From: an uncultured bacterium | GTDB taxonomy: Bacteria; Joyebacterota; Joyebacteria; Joyebacterales; Joyebacteraceae | Reading direction: 5' to 3' | Assembly (NCBI GenBank): GCA_964562405.1 | Contig: CAZLTC010000006.1 | Span: forward strand, 1,372 to 65,371 | DNA length: 64,000 bases | The notes under the pieces: model-generated | The model's database searches: none | Told to the model about the DNA's origin: nothing | Seen by the model: the letters and a program-made list of their open reading frames with translations, nothing else | Part shown: positions 28,820 to 38,964 of the stretch, in pieces | Numbering within the stretch: the stretch's first letter is position 1 | How the letters are laid out: each line of letters opens with the position of its first letter | Made by a program: the position numbers and the translations under genes

Positions 28820-29350
28820 TTGATGAGTGAGCGTGACAACTGGATCGAGGCGGGCGTCCTCGTACGTCCGCACGGGGTGAGGGGAGAGATCGTCGCCGAC
28901 GTCAAGAGTGACCTCGTCGACCTGCTGGTGGACGGTATGGGCATCCGGCTCGTTTCCCAAGCGGGGGCCGAGAGCGTGCCCAAAGTTGAGCAGGTCCGTG
29001 TGCACCAGGGACGCGCGGTCATCAAGTTCGAGGGGGCCGATTCCCGCGAGGCCGCGGAGGCCCTGAGGGGAAGCACTCTCTGGCTCACCAGGGAGCAGAT
29101 AGGCGAGCTGCCCGAGGGGCGCTACTTCGTGGAGGACATACTCGGGCTCAAGGTCTACTGCGAATCCGGTGAGTTGCTGGGCCGGATCGGCGAGGTGCTG
29201 TGCATGCCGGCCAGCGACATATACGTGGTGCGCGGTGACGGAGGTGAGATACTGCTTCCGGTCATCGACGAGGTGATACTGAGCGTCGACATCGAGGGCG
29301 GCAAGGTGGTCGTCCATCTGATGGAAGGCCTCAGGCGGGGGGTTGAGTGA
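28820..29350 (+). CDS. rimM: 16S rRNA processing protein RimM
   Basis: WIEAGVLVRPHGVRGEIV N-terminus, PRC-barrel C-terminus. Its stop overlaps the trmD start. Confidence 0.85.
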   Translation: MMSERDNWIEAGVLVRPHGVRGEIVADVKSDLVDLLVDGMGIRLVSQAGAESVPKVEQVRVHQGRAVIKFEGADSREAAEALRGSTLWLTREQIGELPEGRYFVEDILGLKVYCESGELLGRIGEVLCMPASDIYVVRGDGGEILLPVIDEVILSVDIEGGKVVVHLMEGLRRGVE

Positions 29351-30141
29351 GGATCGATGTGCTCACGCTCTTCCCCGAGATGTTCGAGGGGCCCCTGTCT
29401 GAGAGCATCATCAAGCAGGCCCGCGAGAAGGGTCTCCTGAAGATAGCTCTCACCAACATCAGGGACTTCGCGAAGGACCGGCACCGGACCGCTGACGACT
29501 GCCAGTACGGGGGCGGCAGCGGGATGGTGATGAAGCCGGAACCGATCTTTGAAGCTCTTGAGAACGTGCTCGCCCCGCCCTCCGCGGACACGGTGGCGGG
29601 TGGTCCCACGCCGGAACCGATCGAAGCAGGGACGACGTCCGAAGCGGTGGTCGTCCTGCTCTCGGCTCGAGGCAGGCTTCTGGACCACGCCCTTGCAGCG
29701 GAGCTGTCGCGCGAGCCGCGCCTCGTTCTCGTCTGCGGCCGGTACAAGGGCGTCGACGAGCGGGTAGCCTCTCTCGCGACGCACGAGGTCTCTATCGGCG
29801 ACTACGTGCTGACGGGCGGCGAACTCGCGGCGATGGTGCTGATAGACGCCGTCGTCCGCTTCGTGCCTGGAGTGCTGGGCGACATCGAGTCCGCCGAGAC
29901 CGACTCGTTCTTCGAGGGGATACTCGGGCCGCCAAGCTACACGAGGCCCGAGGAGTACCGCGGCATGAGCGTCCCTGACGTGCTCGTGTCCGGCCACCAC
30001 GAGATGATACGACGCTGGCGCAGGAAGGAAGCCCTGAAGGCGACCAGAGAGCGCCGGCCCGAACTGCTGGAGCGCGTCCGCCTGAGCGACGAGGACGAGG
30101 AGCTGCTGGCAGAGATAGACGTTGAGGAGAACACGATCTGA
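29347..30141 (+). CDS. trmD: tRNA (guanine37-N1)-methyltransferase TrmD
   Basis: [31 protein letters not shown]...[17 protein letters not shown]..., the SPOUT-fold TrmD signature. GTG start overlapping the rimM stop (GTGA). Confidence 0.9.
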   Translation: MRIDVLTLFPEMFEGPLSESIIKQAREKGLLKIALTNIRDFAKDRHRTADDCQYGGGSGMVMKPEPIFEALENVLAPPSADTVAGGPTPEPIEAGTTSEAVVVLLSARGRLLDHALAAELSREPRLVLVCGRYKGVDERVASLATHEVSIGDYVLTGGELAAMVLIDAVVRFVPGVLGDIESAETDSFFEGILGPPSYTRPEEYRGMSVPDVLVSGHHEMIRRWRRKEALKATRERRPELLERVRLSDEDEELLAEIDVEENTI

Positions 30142-30178
30142 GAATGGCCACAACGCCGAACAACCGAGGGAGTTAGAA

Positions 30179-30529
30179 ATGAACGAGAAGGTAAGGGCCA
30201 TAGGCGACCGCGCGCTGCGCGACGACCTGCCCGATTTCGCCATAGGAGACACGGTTCGGATACACGTTCGCATCAGCGAGGGTGAGAAGGAGCGGACTCA
30301 GGCGTTCGAGGGCACGGTGTTGGCGAGAAGGGGCTCGGGCGCCGGTGAGACGTTCACGGTCCGCAGAGTGTCGCAGGGCATAGGTGTGGAGCGCACGTTC
30401 CCGGTATGCTCTCCGAACGTGCAGTCCGTGGTCGTAACACGCCGCGGCAAGGCGCGTCGCGCCAAGCTGTACTACCTCAGGGACAGGACCGGCAAAGCCG
30501 CGAAGACGAAGGCCAAGGATTTCAGGTAG
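30179..30529 (+). CDS. rplS: 50S ribosomal protein L19
   Basis: [47 protein letters not shown]...; GAGGGAG RBS. Confidence 0.9.
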   Translation: MNEKVRAIGDRALRDDLPDFAIGDTVRIHVRISEGEKERTQAFEGTVLARRGSGAGETFTVRRVSQGIGVERTFPVCSPNVQSVVVTRRGKARRAKLYYLRDRTGKAAKTKAKDFR

Positions 30530-30539
30530 CGAACCACTC

Positions 30540-31595
30540 GTGGGGTCTTCCGTGGTTTCCGACGGAGCAGCCCATACGGACGGGCCGTCACGGCCGGATG
30601 AGGTCGAGACGACGTCTCATCGCCCTTCCGTCTGCGAGCTGAGCCTGAGAGAGGTGAGGGAACTCGTCGCCGGCGCTCCACCGGAGCCCGGCGACTCTCT
30701 TTGGCTCGAGCTGCGGGCGGACCCGCGGAGGGGCGTCGCGCGCCTCTGCGAGGAGATCGTCCGGCGCCGGGAACGCGAGTCCGCGTCACGCGAGCGAGAG
30801 CGGCGTCTCAGGCGTCACGAGTCGGAATTGTGGGAGAGGGGCCTGGAACTCGTGGCCGGCGTGGACGAGGCCGGACGGGGGCCACTCGCCGGGCCCGTCG
30901 TCGCTGCCGCAGTGGTGCTTCCCCGCGAGCTTCCGTTCGACGGCATAGACGACTCGAAGAAGCTGACCGCGGCGCGGAGGGACGAGCTGTTCGCGCTGAT
31001 CCACGGGCACGCCCTGGCCATCGGTGTCGGCAGCTCCTCCGAGAAGGTCATAGACGACATCAATATCCTCCGGGCCACGCACGCGGCCATGCGGCAGGCG
31101 GTCGCCGCTCTAGGGATCGAGCCGGACCACTTGCTGATCGACGGAGACCCAGTACCCGATCTCCCCGCTCCCCAGACGGCGATACATCGCGGCGACGAGC
31201 AGTCCGCCGCTATCGCCGCCGCTTCGATAGTGGCCAAGGTCACCAGAGACAGGCTGCTCGTCGAGTACGACACCACGTATCCGGGATACGGATTCGCACG
31301 CCACAAGGGATACGGCACCCCCGACCACATGGCGGCGCTCACCCGTCTCGGTCCCTGCGAGATCCATCGCAGGTCGTTCGCCCCGGTGCTGGAATCGGGC
31401 GGAGGGCACTCCGAGGAGTTCCGGAGGTTCCGCAAGCTCATGCTCGACGCCGATACGCCCGAGCGCCTGCAGGAGATCGCCGAGGACATCGCGAAGCACA
31501 GAGAGGCGCTCGCGGCCTATGAGCTGTCGAAGCTGCGTGGCTTGTACAAGCGCTCCCACAGACGCGTGACGGTCGGCCTCGTCCGTTCGCGTTGA
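30540..31595 (+). CDS. rnhB: Ribonuclease HII with N- and C-terminal extensions
   Basis: LVAGVDEAGRGPLAGPVVAAAVVL catalytic motif, DDSKKL. GTG start; extension length is uncertain. Confidence 0.75.
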   Translation: MGSSVVSDGAAHTDGPSRPDEVETTSHRPSVCELSLREVRELVAGAPPEPGDSLWLELRADPRRGVARLCEEIVRRRERESASRERERRLRRHESELWERGLELVAGVDEAGRGPLAGPVVAAAVVLPRELPFDGIDDSKKLTAARRDELFALIHGHALAIGVGSSSEKVIDDINILRATHAAMRQAVAALGIEPDHLLIDGDPVPDLPAPQTAIHRGDEQSAAIAAASIVAKVTRDRLLVEYDTTYPGYGFARHKGYGTPDHMAALTRLGPCEIHRRSFAPVLESGGGHSEEFRRFRKLMLDADTPERLQEIAEDIAKHREALAAYELSKLRGLYKRSHRRVTVGLVRSR

Positions 31596-31655
31596 CAGCC
31601 CCGCCCCCGTTTCCCGAAGACCCGCTATCGATCCTCCCCAGGACACCAACACGGC

Positions 31656-32030
31656 ATGAACAAGAGAAGAGTTGGGACGCTCGCGGAGCGCATCGCCGCG
31701 CGCTTTCTGGAGATGAACGGCTATTCGATACTCGTGACCGGCTACAGGTTCCACGGTCGCGAGATCGACGTGATAGCCAAGCGTGGAACGACCGTGGCGT
31801 TCGTGGAGGTCAAGTTCAGAAGCGGGGCCGGAAGAGGCGCTCCTCGCGAGTCCGTGCGGGCGACTAAGCGCAGCCACATCGTGCACGCGGCGAAGGGCTT
31901 CCTCTCGCAGGCACGGCTCCCGGCCCCTAGATGCCGGTTCGACGTGATCGAGATACGGATGGTGAGGGGAGGCCAGGCGATGAGCATAGAACACCTGGTC
32001 GGGGCCTTCGATGCCGACGCCTGGGGATGA
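31656..32030 (+). CDS. YraN-family (UPF0102) putative endonuclease
   Basis: GTLAERIAARFLEMNGYSILVTGYRFHGREIDVIAKRG...VAFVEVKFR, the typical YraN sequence. Conserved position after rnhB. Confidence 0.8.
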   Translation: MNKRRVGTLAERIAARFLEMNGYSILVTGYRFHGREIDVIAKRGTTVAFVEVKFRSGAGRGAPRESVRATKRSHIVHAAKGFLSQARLPAPRCRFDVIEIRMVRGGQAMSIEHLVGAFDADAWG

Positions 32031-32045
32031 GCGAGGGGAGGGCTA

Positions 32046-33572
32046 ATGCTGGCGACCGTGCTTAGTGGAGGGGTCTGCGGGATCGACGGGTATATCGTGC
32101 GGGTAGAGGCGGACGTAAGCAGGGGGCTTCCGTCGTTCTCGACCGTCGGACTGGGTGACAGCGCGGTACGCGAGGGCCGCGACCGCGTCGCATCTGCCAT
32201 ACGAAACTCCGGTTTGAGCTTCCCGGTCGACCGTATCACGGTGAACCTCGCGCCCGCTGACGTGCGCAAGGAGGGCGCGGGATTCGATCTCCCGATCGCG
32301 CTGGGCATCCTGGCCGCGACGGGGCAGGTCGAGAGCAGGCTCCTGGCGAGCTTCGCGGTCGTCGGAGAGCTTGCGCTGGACGGGACGACGCGCGGACTGA
32401 GCGGAGCGCTCCCCGTGGCCGCCGCGGCGGCCCGCGAGCGACTTCGCGGGATCATCCTTCCTGCCGGCAACGCTCGAGAGGCCGCGGTGTTCGGCGACCT
32501 CGCGGTGCTGCCGGTCCGCAACCTCAGGGGCGCGGTCCGCGTGCTTGCGGGTGGGCCGCCCGACGAGCCGGAGGAGGCGGTCCACGCGGCCGTCGCCCCG
32601 GACCGCGCGTCCGACCTGTCGGACATCCGCGGTCAGGAGCACGCGAAACGCGCTCTCGAGATCGCTGCCGCGGGGGGACACAACCTGCTCATGGTCGGCC
32701 CCCCCGGCGTGGGCAAGACGCTCCTGGCTCGCGCGTTCCCGACGGTGCTCCCCGGACTGACGCGCGAGGAGTCGCTCGTAGCGACGATGATCCACAGCGT
32801 GGCCGGCGAGCTTCCGCCGGGGAGTGGACTGCTCGAGGCGAGACCGTTCCGGGCACCGCACCACACCGTGTCGTTCGCGGGGCTCGTCGGCGGCGGCAGG
32901 GTCCCGCGACCTGGCGAGGTCAGCCTGGCGCACGCCGGCGTTCTTTTCCTCGACGAGATCGCCGAGTTCAGGCGCGACGCCCTCGAGGCCCTCAGACAGC
33001 CGCTGGAGGACGGCCGCACGACCGTCACGCGGGCGGCCGCGACGGCCACGTTCCCGGCGGATTTCACGCTCGTGGCGAGCATGAATCCCTGCCCGTGCGG
33101 GCATCTCGGTCACCCGACCAGGCCCTGCAAGTGCGCACCGTCGGCGGTCAGGCGCTACAGGGGCAAGGTCTCGGGGCCGGTCATGGACCGCATCGACGTC
33201 CAGGTGCCGCTTCATCCGCCGACGTTCGACGAGCTGTCGCCCGGCAGGGGAGGCGAGGCGAGCGTGGACGTGAGAGCGCGCGTCCTGGAGGTGAGGGGAC
33301 TCCAGGCCGAGAGATGGAAGGCCTGCCGCAATCCGCTCAATGGGCGCGTTCCGACCGCGCTGCTCGTGGAGATGGTACAGCTCAGGGGGAGGGCGCGCGT
33401 GCTCCTGAGACGTGCCGTCAGCGAACTCGGCTTCTCTGCTCGCTCGTACCACAAGGTGCTCCGCATCGCACGCACCATCGCCGACCTCGCGGGCGAGGCG
33501 GAGGTCCGTGCCGCGCACGTGGCGGAGGCCGTCCAGTACCGCAGTCTGGACCGCCAGATCCCCTCGGGCTGA
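32046..33572 (+). CDS. comM: YifB/ComM-family Mg-chelatase-like AAA+ ATPase
   Basis: MLATVLSGGVCGIDGYIVRVEADVSRGLPSF N-domain, Walker A GPPGVGKT, Walker B VLFLDE. Confidence 0.85.
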   Translation: MLATVLSGGVCGIDGYIVRVEADVSRGLPSFSTVGLGDSAVREGRDRVASAIRNSGLSFPVDRITVNLAPADVRKEGAGFDLPIALGILAATGQVESRLLASFAVVGELALDGTTRGLSGALPVAAAAARERLRGIILPAGNAREAAVFGDLAVLPVRNLRGAVRVLAGGPPDEPEEAVHAAVAPDRASDLSDIRGQEHAKRALEIAAAGGHNLLMVGPPGVGKTLLARAFPTVLPGLTREESLVATMIHSVAGELPPGSGLLEARPFRAPHHTVSFAGLVGGGRVPRPGEVSLAHAGVLFLDEIAEFRRDALEALRQPLEDGRTTVTRAAATATFPADFTLVASMNPCPCGHLGHPTRPCKCAPSAVRRYRGKVSGPVMDRIDVQVPLHPPTFDELSPGRGGEASVDVRARVLEVRGLQAERWKACRNPLNGRVPTALLVEMVQLRGRARVLLRRAVSELGFSARSYHKVLRIARTIADLAGEAEVRAAHVAEAVQYRSLDRQIPSG

Positions 33573-33678
33573 ATGCGCAGTGGCCCGCCGCGTTCGGAAG
33601 ATCGGGCGCCAACGGCCGAGGGCGAAGCGAAGCGCCGCAGAGCGGTTGTCTCCGGGTTCGGGCCGTAAGTCGCACGGG

Positions 33679-33707
33679 TGGACAGGATTATGCTAGTATG
33701 CTATAAT
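33679..33707 (+). promoter_or_regulatory. Promoter TGGACA-N17-(TG)cTATAAT for the C1 peptidase gene
   Basis: Perfect -10 with TGn; AT-rich island (tatgctataataatac) 30 nt upstream of the RBS. Confidence 0.5.
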
Positions 33708-33738
33708 AATACAAACGGTCAAGGAGACAACCGGAGGC

Positions 33739-36273
33739 GTGACAATGCACGGCATCGGTAGGGTATGCGCATGCTTGGCGGCTGCGGCCGCCCTGGCTTT
33801 GTGCGCGGGTTCGGCGCTCGCGGACGAGAAGGCGGCCGGCGACCCCGAGATAGAGGCTCTTCAAAGGCAGATCGATGGCCAGGGTCTGAGCTGGACGGCC
33901 AAGCACAACTGGACGTCCGATCTCTCCACGGAGGAGTTCAGGGCTCTCCTGGGAACGCGAGTACCGCCCGAGGTTCAGAGGCGCTTCGACGCTCTGGACC
34001 CCCAGGACTTCCCGGTAGCGCGCGACCTGCCGGACAGCTTCAGCTGGCGGACGCAGGACATAATGACGGCCGTGAAGAACCAGGCCTCGTGCGGGAGCTG
34101 CTGGGATTTCGCGGGAGTGGGCGCCCTCGAGGCCGTGATAAAGCAGAGCACCAGCATCGAGCTGGACCTTTCCGAGCAGCAGGTTCTCTCCTGCGCTACT
34201 CCCGGATACGGGTGCGGCGGTGGCTGGTACGCGTGGGCTTGGAGCTACTTCCGGGACTACGGCGCGGTCAGCGAGTCGTGCATGCCGTACGAGGCCGACG
34301 ATGAGGTTCCCTGTGCCGACTCGGGATGTGAGAAGGTCGCGACGGCCAAGAACTGGATCGACATACCGGACGACGTCGAGGTCATCAAGACCGCGCTGCT
34401 CACCGCTCCGATCGCTACGACCTTCACCGTCTACGACGACTTCAGCTCATACGGATCCGGCTGCTACGAGCACGCGGGCGATGACCCGATCAACCACGCG
34501 GTCGTCATCGTCGGATGGGACGACAACAAGTGCGGCGCCGGCGACGGCGCGTGGCTCTGCAAGAACAGCTGGGGCAACTGGTGGGGCGACCTGGGCGGCT
34601 ACTTCTGGATCAAGTACGGCAGCTGCAACATAGGTTCCAACGTGCAGCAGGTTTTCTACTATCCGGGTGTCGACGTCGTCCACGACTCGCACGAATTCAG
34701 CGACACCGCGGGTGACGACGACGGCTGGGCGGATCCTGGCGAGTCGATCGATCTGTCGGTCACGCTCAAGAACGAGATAGTGGCTCCCGATCGCACGGGC
34801 GTGTCGGCCACGATCAGCACGAACTCCCCGTACGTAACGGTGACGCAGAATGCCGCGTCGTTCGGAAACCTCGACGCGGGCGAGACTGCGACCGGAGCGC
34901 CCGCGTACGAGTTCGTCGTGGACAAGTTCGCTCCTGCCGGCGAGGAGGTGGAGTTCGTCCTGTCGATCACCGGCGGGGCACGCTACGCGAACTCGGACAC
35001 GTTCGCTATCGTGCTTGGTCCCATCCCGGTCCTCCTCGTGGACGACGACGCGGGCGAGTCGACCGAAATGTGGTTCGAGGACTCGCTGAGGAGGGTCCGC
35101 CCTGTCCACAAGTCCTGGATCGAGGACGTGCAGGGCCCGATCTCCCTGGCCGAACTGAACCGGTACACCGCCGTCATCTGGGACTGCGGATGGGGTGGCA
35201 AACTGGACGCAGACAATAGGACGACCCTCGAGTCGTATCTCGACGGTGGCGGGACGATCCTCTTCTCCGGTGAGGACATGGGCTGGGCGCTCAACTACCA
35301 GAACGACCCGGACGAGATCCAGTTCTACAACGACTACCTTCATGCCGACTACATCGCCGACGACTCGGGCTACCGCAGCGTCGACGGCGTCTCGGGCGAC
35401 CCGATAGGGGACGGCCTGTCGTTCACGCTCAACGGCACCGACAGCGCCATGAACCAGTTCTATCCCAGCGAGATCGAGCCGAGGACGGGCGCGACGGGCA
35501 TCTTCGAGTATGCGCCCGGGACCGAGGGAGCGCTGCGCTACTCCACGGGCCATCGCGAGGTCTATCTCGCGTTCGGCTTCGAGGGAGTGACCGGCGCCGC
35601 CGTGCGCGACACGATCATGCGCAGGGCGCTCGAGTGGCTCGTCGATGGCGACTGGCCGGATGTGACGCAGCCGACCGTCGAGGTGACGGCGCCGAACGGT
35701 GGCGAAGAGTACTCCATTCACGACACCGTCAGAATAAGCTGGGACGCCGGTGACGACGTTGGGGTGACGGAGCTCGAGCTCTACTACTCGACCGACGGAG
35801 GAGCGACGTATCCGGACACCATTGCAATCCTGACGGCGCCGGCATCCTACTACGACTGGCCTGTGCCCGATGAGGCCGGCGAGACGTCTCGGGTGCGTGT
35901 GGTTGCGCGTGACGCGGCGGGACTGGCCGCGTACGACGACTCGGACGCGGATTTCAGCGTGGTCGACCCGGGCAGCGGTATCGTTGACGCGCCAAGGGCG
36001 CTTGCCCTAGGGCAGAACATGCCCAACCCGTTCAATCCCGTGACCCGCATAGCCTACTCGATACCGCGTCCCGCTCACGTTCGCCTTACGATATACGACG
36101 TCAACGGGAGGGTCGTGAGGAGTCTCGTCGATAGGTCGATGATGGCCGACGACTACGTCTCGGTCTGGGACGGCAGGACCGATGGCGGCGGCGAGGCCGC
36201 TTCGGGTATCTACCTGTACAGACTCACCGCCGATGGCACGGAACTCGAGCGGAAGATGATCCTGCTGCGCTGA
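33739..36273 (+). CDS. Secreted papain-family (C1A) cysteine peptidase with Ig-like middle region and shared C-terminal sorting domain
   Basis: Signal peptide. QASCGSCWDFAG catalytic Cys motif, HAVVIVGWDD His, NSWGNWWGDLGGYFWI. C-terminus QNMPNPFNPVTRIAYSIP...IYDVNGRVVRSL...GIYLYRL...KMILLR. RBS AAGGAGA. Confidence 0.8.
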   Translation: MTMHGIGRVCACLAAAAALALCAGSALADEKAAGDPEIEALQRQIDGQGLSWTAKHNWTSDLSTEEFRALLGTRVPPEVQRRFDALDPQDFPVARDLPDSFSWRTQDIMTAVKNQASCGSCWDFAGVGALEAVIKQSTSIELDLSEQQVLSCATPGYGCGGGWYAWAWSYFRDYGAVSESCMPYEADDEVPCADSGCEKVATAKNWIDIPDDVEVIKTALLTAPIATTFTVYDDFSSYGSGCYEHAGDDPINHAVVIVGWDDNKCGAGDGAWLCKNSWGNWWGDLGGYFWIKYGSCNIGSNVQQVFYYPGVDVVHDSHEFSDTAGDDDGWADPGESIDLSVTLKNEIVAPDRTGVSATISTNSPYVTVTQNAASFGNLDAGETATGAPAYEFVVDKFAPAGEEVEFVLSITGGARYANSDTFAIVLGPIPVLLVDDDAGESTEMWFEDSLRRVRPVHKSWIEDVQGPISLAELNRYTAVIWDCGWGGKLDADNRTTLESYLDGGGTILFSGEDMGWALNYQNDPDEIQFYNDYLHADYIADDSGYRSVDGVSGDPIGDGLSFTLNGTDSAMNQFYPSEIEPRTGATGIFEYAPGTEGALRYSTGHREVYLAFGFEGVTGAAVRDTIMRRALEWLVDGDWPDVTQPTVEVTAPNGGEEYSIHDTVRISWDAGDDVGVTELELYYSTDGGATYPDTIAILTAPASYYDWPVPDEAGETSRVRVVARDAAGLAAYDDSDADFSVVDPGSGIVDAPRALALGQNMPNPFNPVTRIAYSIPRPAHVRLTIYDVNGRVVRSLVDRSMMADDYVSVWDGRTDGGGEAASGIYLYRLTADGTELERKMILLR

Positions 36274-36485
36274 CGTGGGTGGGACGTCCGCCGAGCCGCG
36301 GAATCCATGGGGGCCTGGACGGTGACGTCCGGGCCCCGCTCGTTGGGGCGGGGGTGCGTCGCCGCGCGCCGGCCCGCCATGTCCCGGCGCTCCTCCCCGG
36401 GACCGCCCGCGGCCGTCACGCCCCGACATGCCGGGCTTGATTGCCCCGGCCGATGCCGCTACCATGAACTGAACCGACAGTCCCC

Positions 36486-38261
36486 TTGGACCTGAGAGCG
36501 ATCCACCTGCAGGCGCGGGCAGCGCCGCGCGAGAGAAGACCCGTGAATACGCGAGCACACGCCGTCATAATCCTGGTCGTCATGGCCTTCTTCGTCGGCA
36601 TCTTTCTCTGGCAGGAGCACGCTGCCACGGGGACGTTCGGTTTCCCTCTCGACGATGCCTGGATTCACGCGCAGTTCGCCCGGAACATCGTGCTCGGCAA
36701 CGGGTTCTCTTACAACCCGGGCGTGCCGGCCTCGGGATCGACGGCGCCGCTGTGGACGTTCGTGTCGGCGACCGGGTTTCTTCTGACCGGCGATCCCGTT
36801 CTCGGCGCGAAGGTCATGGGCGTCCTCTTCCTTGGTCTCACCGTGTTCCTCGTCTACTTCATCGTGAGGGCGATCACGGGCGACGGGAGGGAGGCGCTCT
36901 TCGCCGCCGTGATAGCGGCGTCGCTCCCCAGGCTGCTCTGGGCGAGCGTCTCCGGGATGGAGGTGACGCTCGCGGTCTCGCTCTCTCTGGCTGGCATACT
37001 TACTCACATCCTCTACTCCAACACGTCGGACAAACGGCAGTACCTCTCGACCGCGCTCTTCGGACTCGCGACGCTCGCCAGGCCCGAGTGCGGGATCTTC
37101 TTCGGCGCGGCTCTGCTCGACCGCACGCTCGTGCGCGTCCTCATCCGCTGGCGCGGGCTGGCGGCGCGCGAGTGGGCCGTGCCAATGCTGCTGCACGTGG
37201 GGCTCTTCGCTCTCGTACTGCTTCCGTTCCTCGTGTTCAGCAAGCGCTTCGGCATAGGATTCCTGCCGAACACAGCCTACGCCAAGGCGCTGTTCTGGAA
37301 CAGGGGACTCATCTCGGCCTTCATCAAGTCCAGCCCGCTGGAGCTTCTGAAGTCACTGACCGTGTACCCGTTCAATTACTACCTGTCGTTTCTCGAGGAG
37401 AGCTCGCGGAACAACCCCGTCCTCTTCGCCATGGTTGCGTTCGGTTTCTTCAAGCTGACGCTCTCGATGCCGTACGGCCGCACGACGCGATACCAGTCGT
37501 TCATCCTGCCCCTTGCGGTGATCCTCTTCCCGCTCGTCATGGGCATCGTGGCGCCGTTCGGCGAGGCATCGTTCCAGGAGGGCCGCTACGCGGCGCCCGT
37601 GGCCCCGCTCATGCTCATAGTGGGCACGATCGGCATCTACTCGGCGGCCAGCTACGGCGCGCGCATATTCAGCGAGGCCAAGTTCATGGGAAGTCCGGCC
37701 AGGCTTGTACTCGAGCGCAGCCTGATCTGGTTCCTGATGGCGCTGACGCTGTTAGCGCAGGGGAGAAACGTCTGGTACCAAAGCAAGATTTACGGAAAGG
37801 AAGTGGCGAACATCGAGGACATGCAGGTGACGCTCGGCAGATGGATAGACCAGAACCTGCCCCGCGATGCGGTGATCGCGGTCAACGACGTCGGCGCTAT
37901 AGCGTACTTCTCCCAGCGCAAGGTCCTGGACACCGTCGGCCTCATATCACCCGAGGTGCTGGCATACCGCAGAGAAGGTCAGTCCGCCGACACGGCGATG
38001 TTCAGTCTGCTGGAGTCCGAGAGGCCTGACTATGCGGTGCTGTTCCCCGCGTGGTATCCGCAGTCGGTTCGCAGGGACGTCTTCGAGCCCATCCATCGCG
38101 TCGTGCTCCACGACAACGTGATCTGCGGAGGTGATGAGATGGTCGTCTACAAACTGGACTGGGACAGGCTGGGCGACACAGACGAGGCGCCGAAGAGGGT
38201 TCCGGAGGGCGACGGCGGAGCGGCCGCCGAGCGTTCCCGCGAGGAGGTCCCGGATGGCTAG
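36486..38261 (+). CDS. Polytopic integral membrane protein (GT-C-like putative glycosyl/lipid transferase; function unknown)
   Basis: More than 10 predicted TM helices with a DDAWIH acidic loop motif after TM1. The start may be an internal GTG. Confidence 0.5.
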   Translation: MDLRAIHLQARAAPRERRPVNTRAHAVIILVVMAFFVGIFLWQEHAATGTFGFPLDDAWIHAQFARNIVLGNGFSYNPGVPASGSTAPLWTFVSATGFLLTGDPVLGAKVMGVLFLGLTVFLVYFIVRAITGDGREALFAAVIAASLPRLLWASVSGMEVTLAVSLSLAGILTHILYSNTSDKRQYLSTALFGLATLARPECGIFFGAALLDRTLVRVLIRWRGLAAREWAVPMLLHVGLFALVLLPFLVFSKRFGIGFLPNTAYAKALFWNRGLISAFIKSSPLELLKSLTVYPFNYYLSFLEESSRNNPVLFAMVAFGFFKLTLSMPYGRTTRYQSFILPLAVILFPLVMGIVAPFGEASFQEGRYAAPVAPLMLIVGTIGIYSAASYGARIFSEAKFMGSPARLVLERSLIWFLMALTLLAQGRNVWYQSKIYGKEVANIEDMQVTLGRWIDQNLPRDAVIAVNDVGAIAYFSQRKVLDTVGLISPEVLAYRREGQSADTAMFSLLESERPDYAVLFPAWYPQSVRRDVFEPIHRVVLHDNVICGGDEMVVYKLDWDRLGDTDEAPKRVPEGDGGAAAERSREEVPDG

Positions 38262-38850
38262 CTACCTGGGCCAGATCGACCACTGGCTCTTCCTGTTGCT
38301 GAACGGCAGGCTCACGAGTCCCTTGCTCGACAAGGTGATGCCGTTCGTGACCACACAGGAACACTGGTATCCACTGCTCCTGGTCGTCCTCGTCGCGCTG
38401 CTCATATGGGGCGGTCGGCGCGGACGCATAGCGGCCGTGCTCCTCATCGTTGCCGTGGCCTTGGCCGACCAGATCTCCTGCTCGCTCCTCAAGCCGCTCG
38501 TCGGCCGCATCCGTCCCTGCAATGCTCTGCCCTCCGACCAGGTGCGACTTCTCGTGGGTTGCTCGAAGGCCTTCTCATTCCCCTCGGCGCATGCCGCCAA
38601 CTCCTTCGCCATGGCGTGGGTCGTTTCCTGGGGCATGCCCAGGCTCTCCTTCTTCGCCTTCCTCCTGGCCATCGCCGTGGCGTACTCGCGTGTCTACGTC
38701 GGCGTGCACTACCCGCTGGATGTCCTGGGGGGCGCGGTCCTCGGCCTGCTCATCGGCGGTCTTCTGACCGCGCTCGGGCGAGTGGTCGAGAGGAAGCTGA
38801 GGCGGAGGAGACTGGCGGGGGAGGGCACGGAGTTCGGGCATGGGAGGTGA
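38254..38850 (+). CDS. PAP2-family (type 2 phosphatidic acid phosphatase-like) membrane phosphatase
   Basis: KPLVGRIRP, PSAHA, SRVYVGVHYPLD: the three PAP2 motifs. GAGGAGG RBS. Overlaps the preceding membrane-protein gene by 8 nt. Confidence 0.75.
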   Translation: MASYLGQIDHWLFLLLNGRLTSPLLDKVMPFVTTQEHWYPLLLVVLVALLIWGGRRGRIAAVLLIVAVALADQISCSLLKPLVGRIRPCNALPSDQVRLLVGCSKAFSFPSAHAANSFAMAWVVSWGMPRLSFFAFLLAIAVAYSRVYVGVHYPLDVLGGAVLGLLIGGLLTALGRVVERKLRRRRLAGEGTEFGHGR

Positions 38851-38890
38851 CCGGGAACAGGTCGGTCTTCGACAGCGGACATCAGGCAGA

Positions 38891-38918
38891 ACGCCCGGCA
38901 GGATCTCCTACCGGGCGT
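38891..38918. terminator. Hairpin ACGCCCGG-(12-nt loop)-CCGGGCGT + TTTCG between convergent PAP2 (+) and M16 (-) genes; candidate bidirectional terminator
   Basis: 8-bp GC stem seen directly; located in the 114-nt convergent intergenic gap. Confidence 0.4.
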
Positions 38919-38964
38919 TTCGCTGTCCTTACGCGTCCGTGATTCGAACCGCTTCCTGAAGGGC

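Noticed and set aside
30540-30830. Alternative internal TTG start for rnhB that would remove the ~95-aa N-terminal extension
   Set aside because: N-terminal extensions of comparable length exist in some RNase HII proteins (e.g. Bacillus), and no good RBS precedes the internal start. The longer GTG-initiated ORF is kept, but the start remains uncertain.
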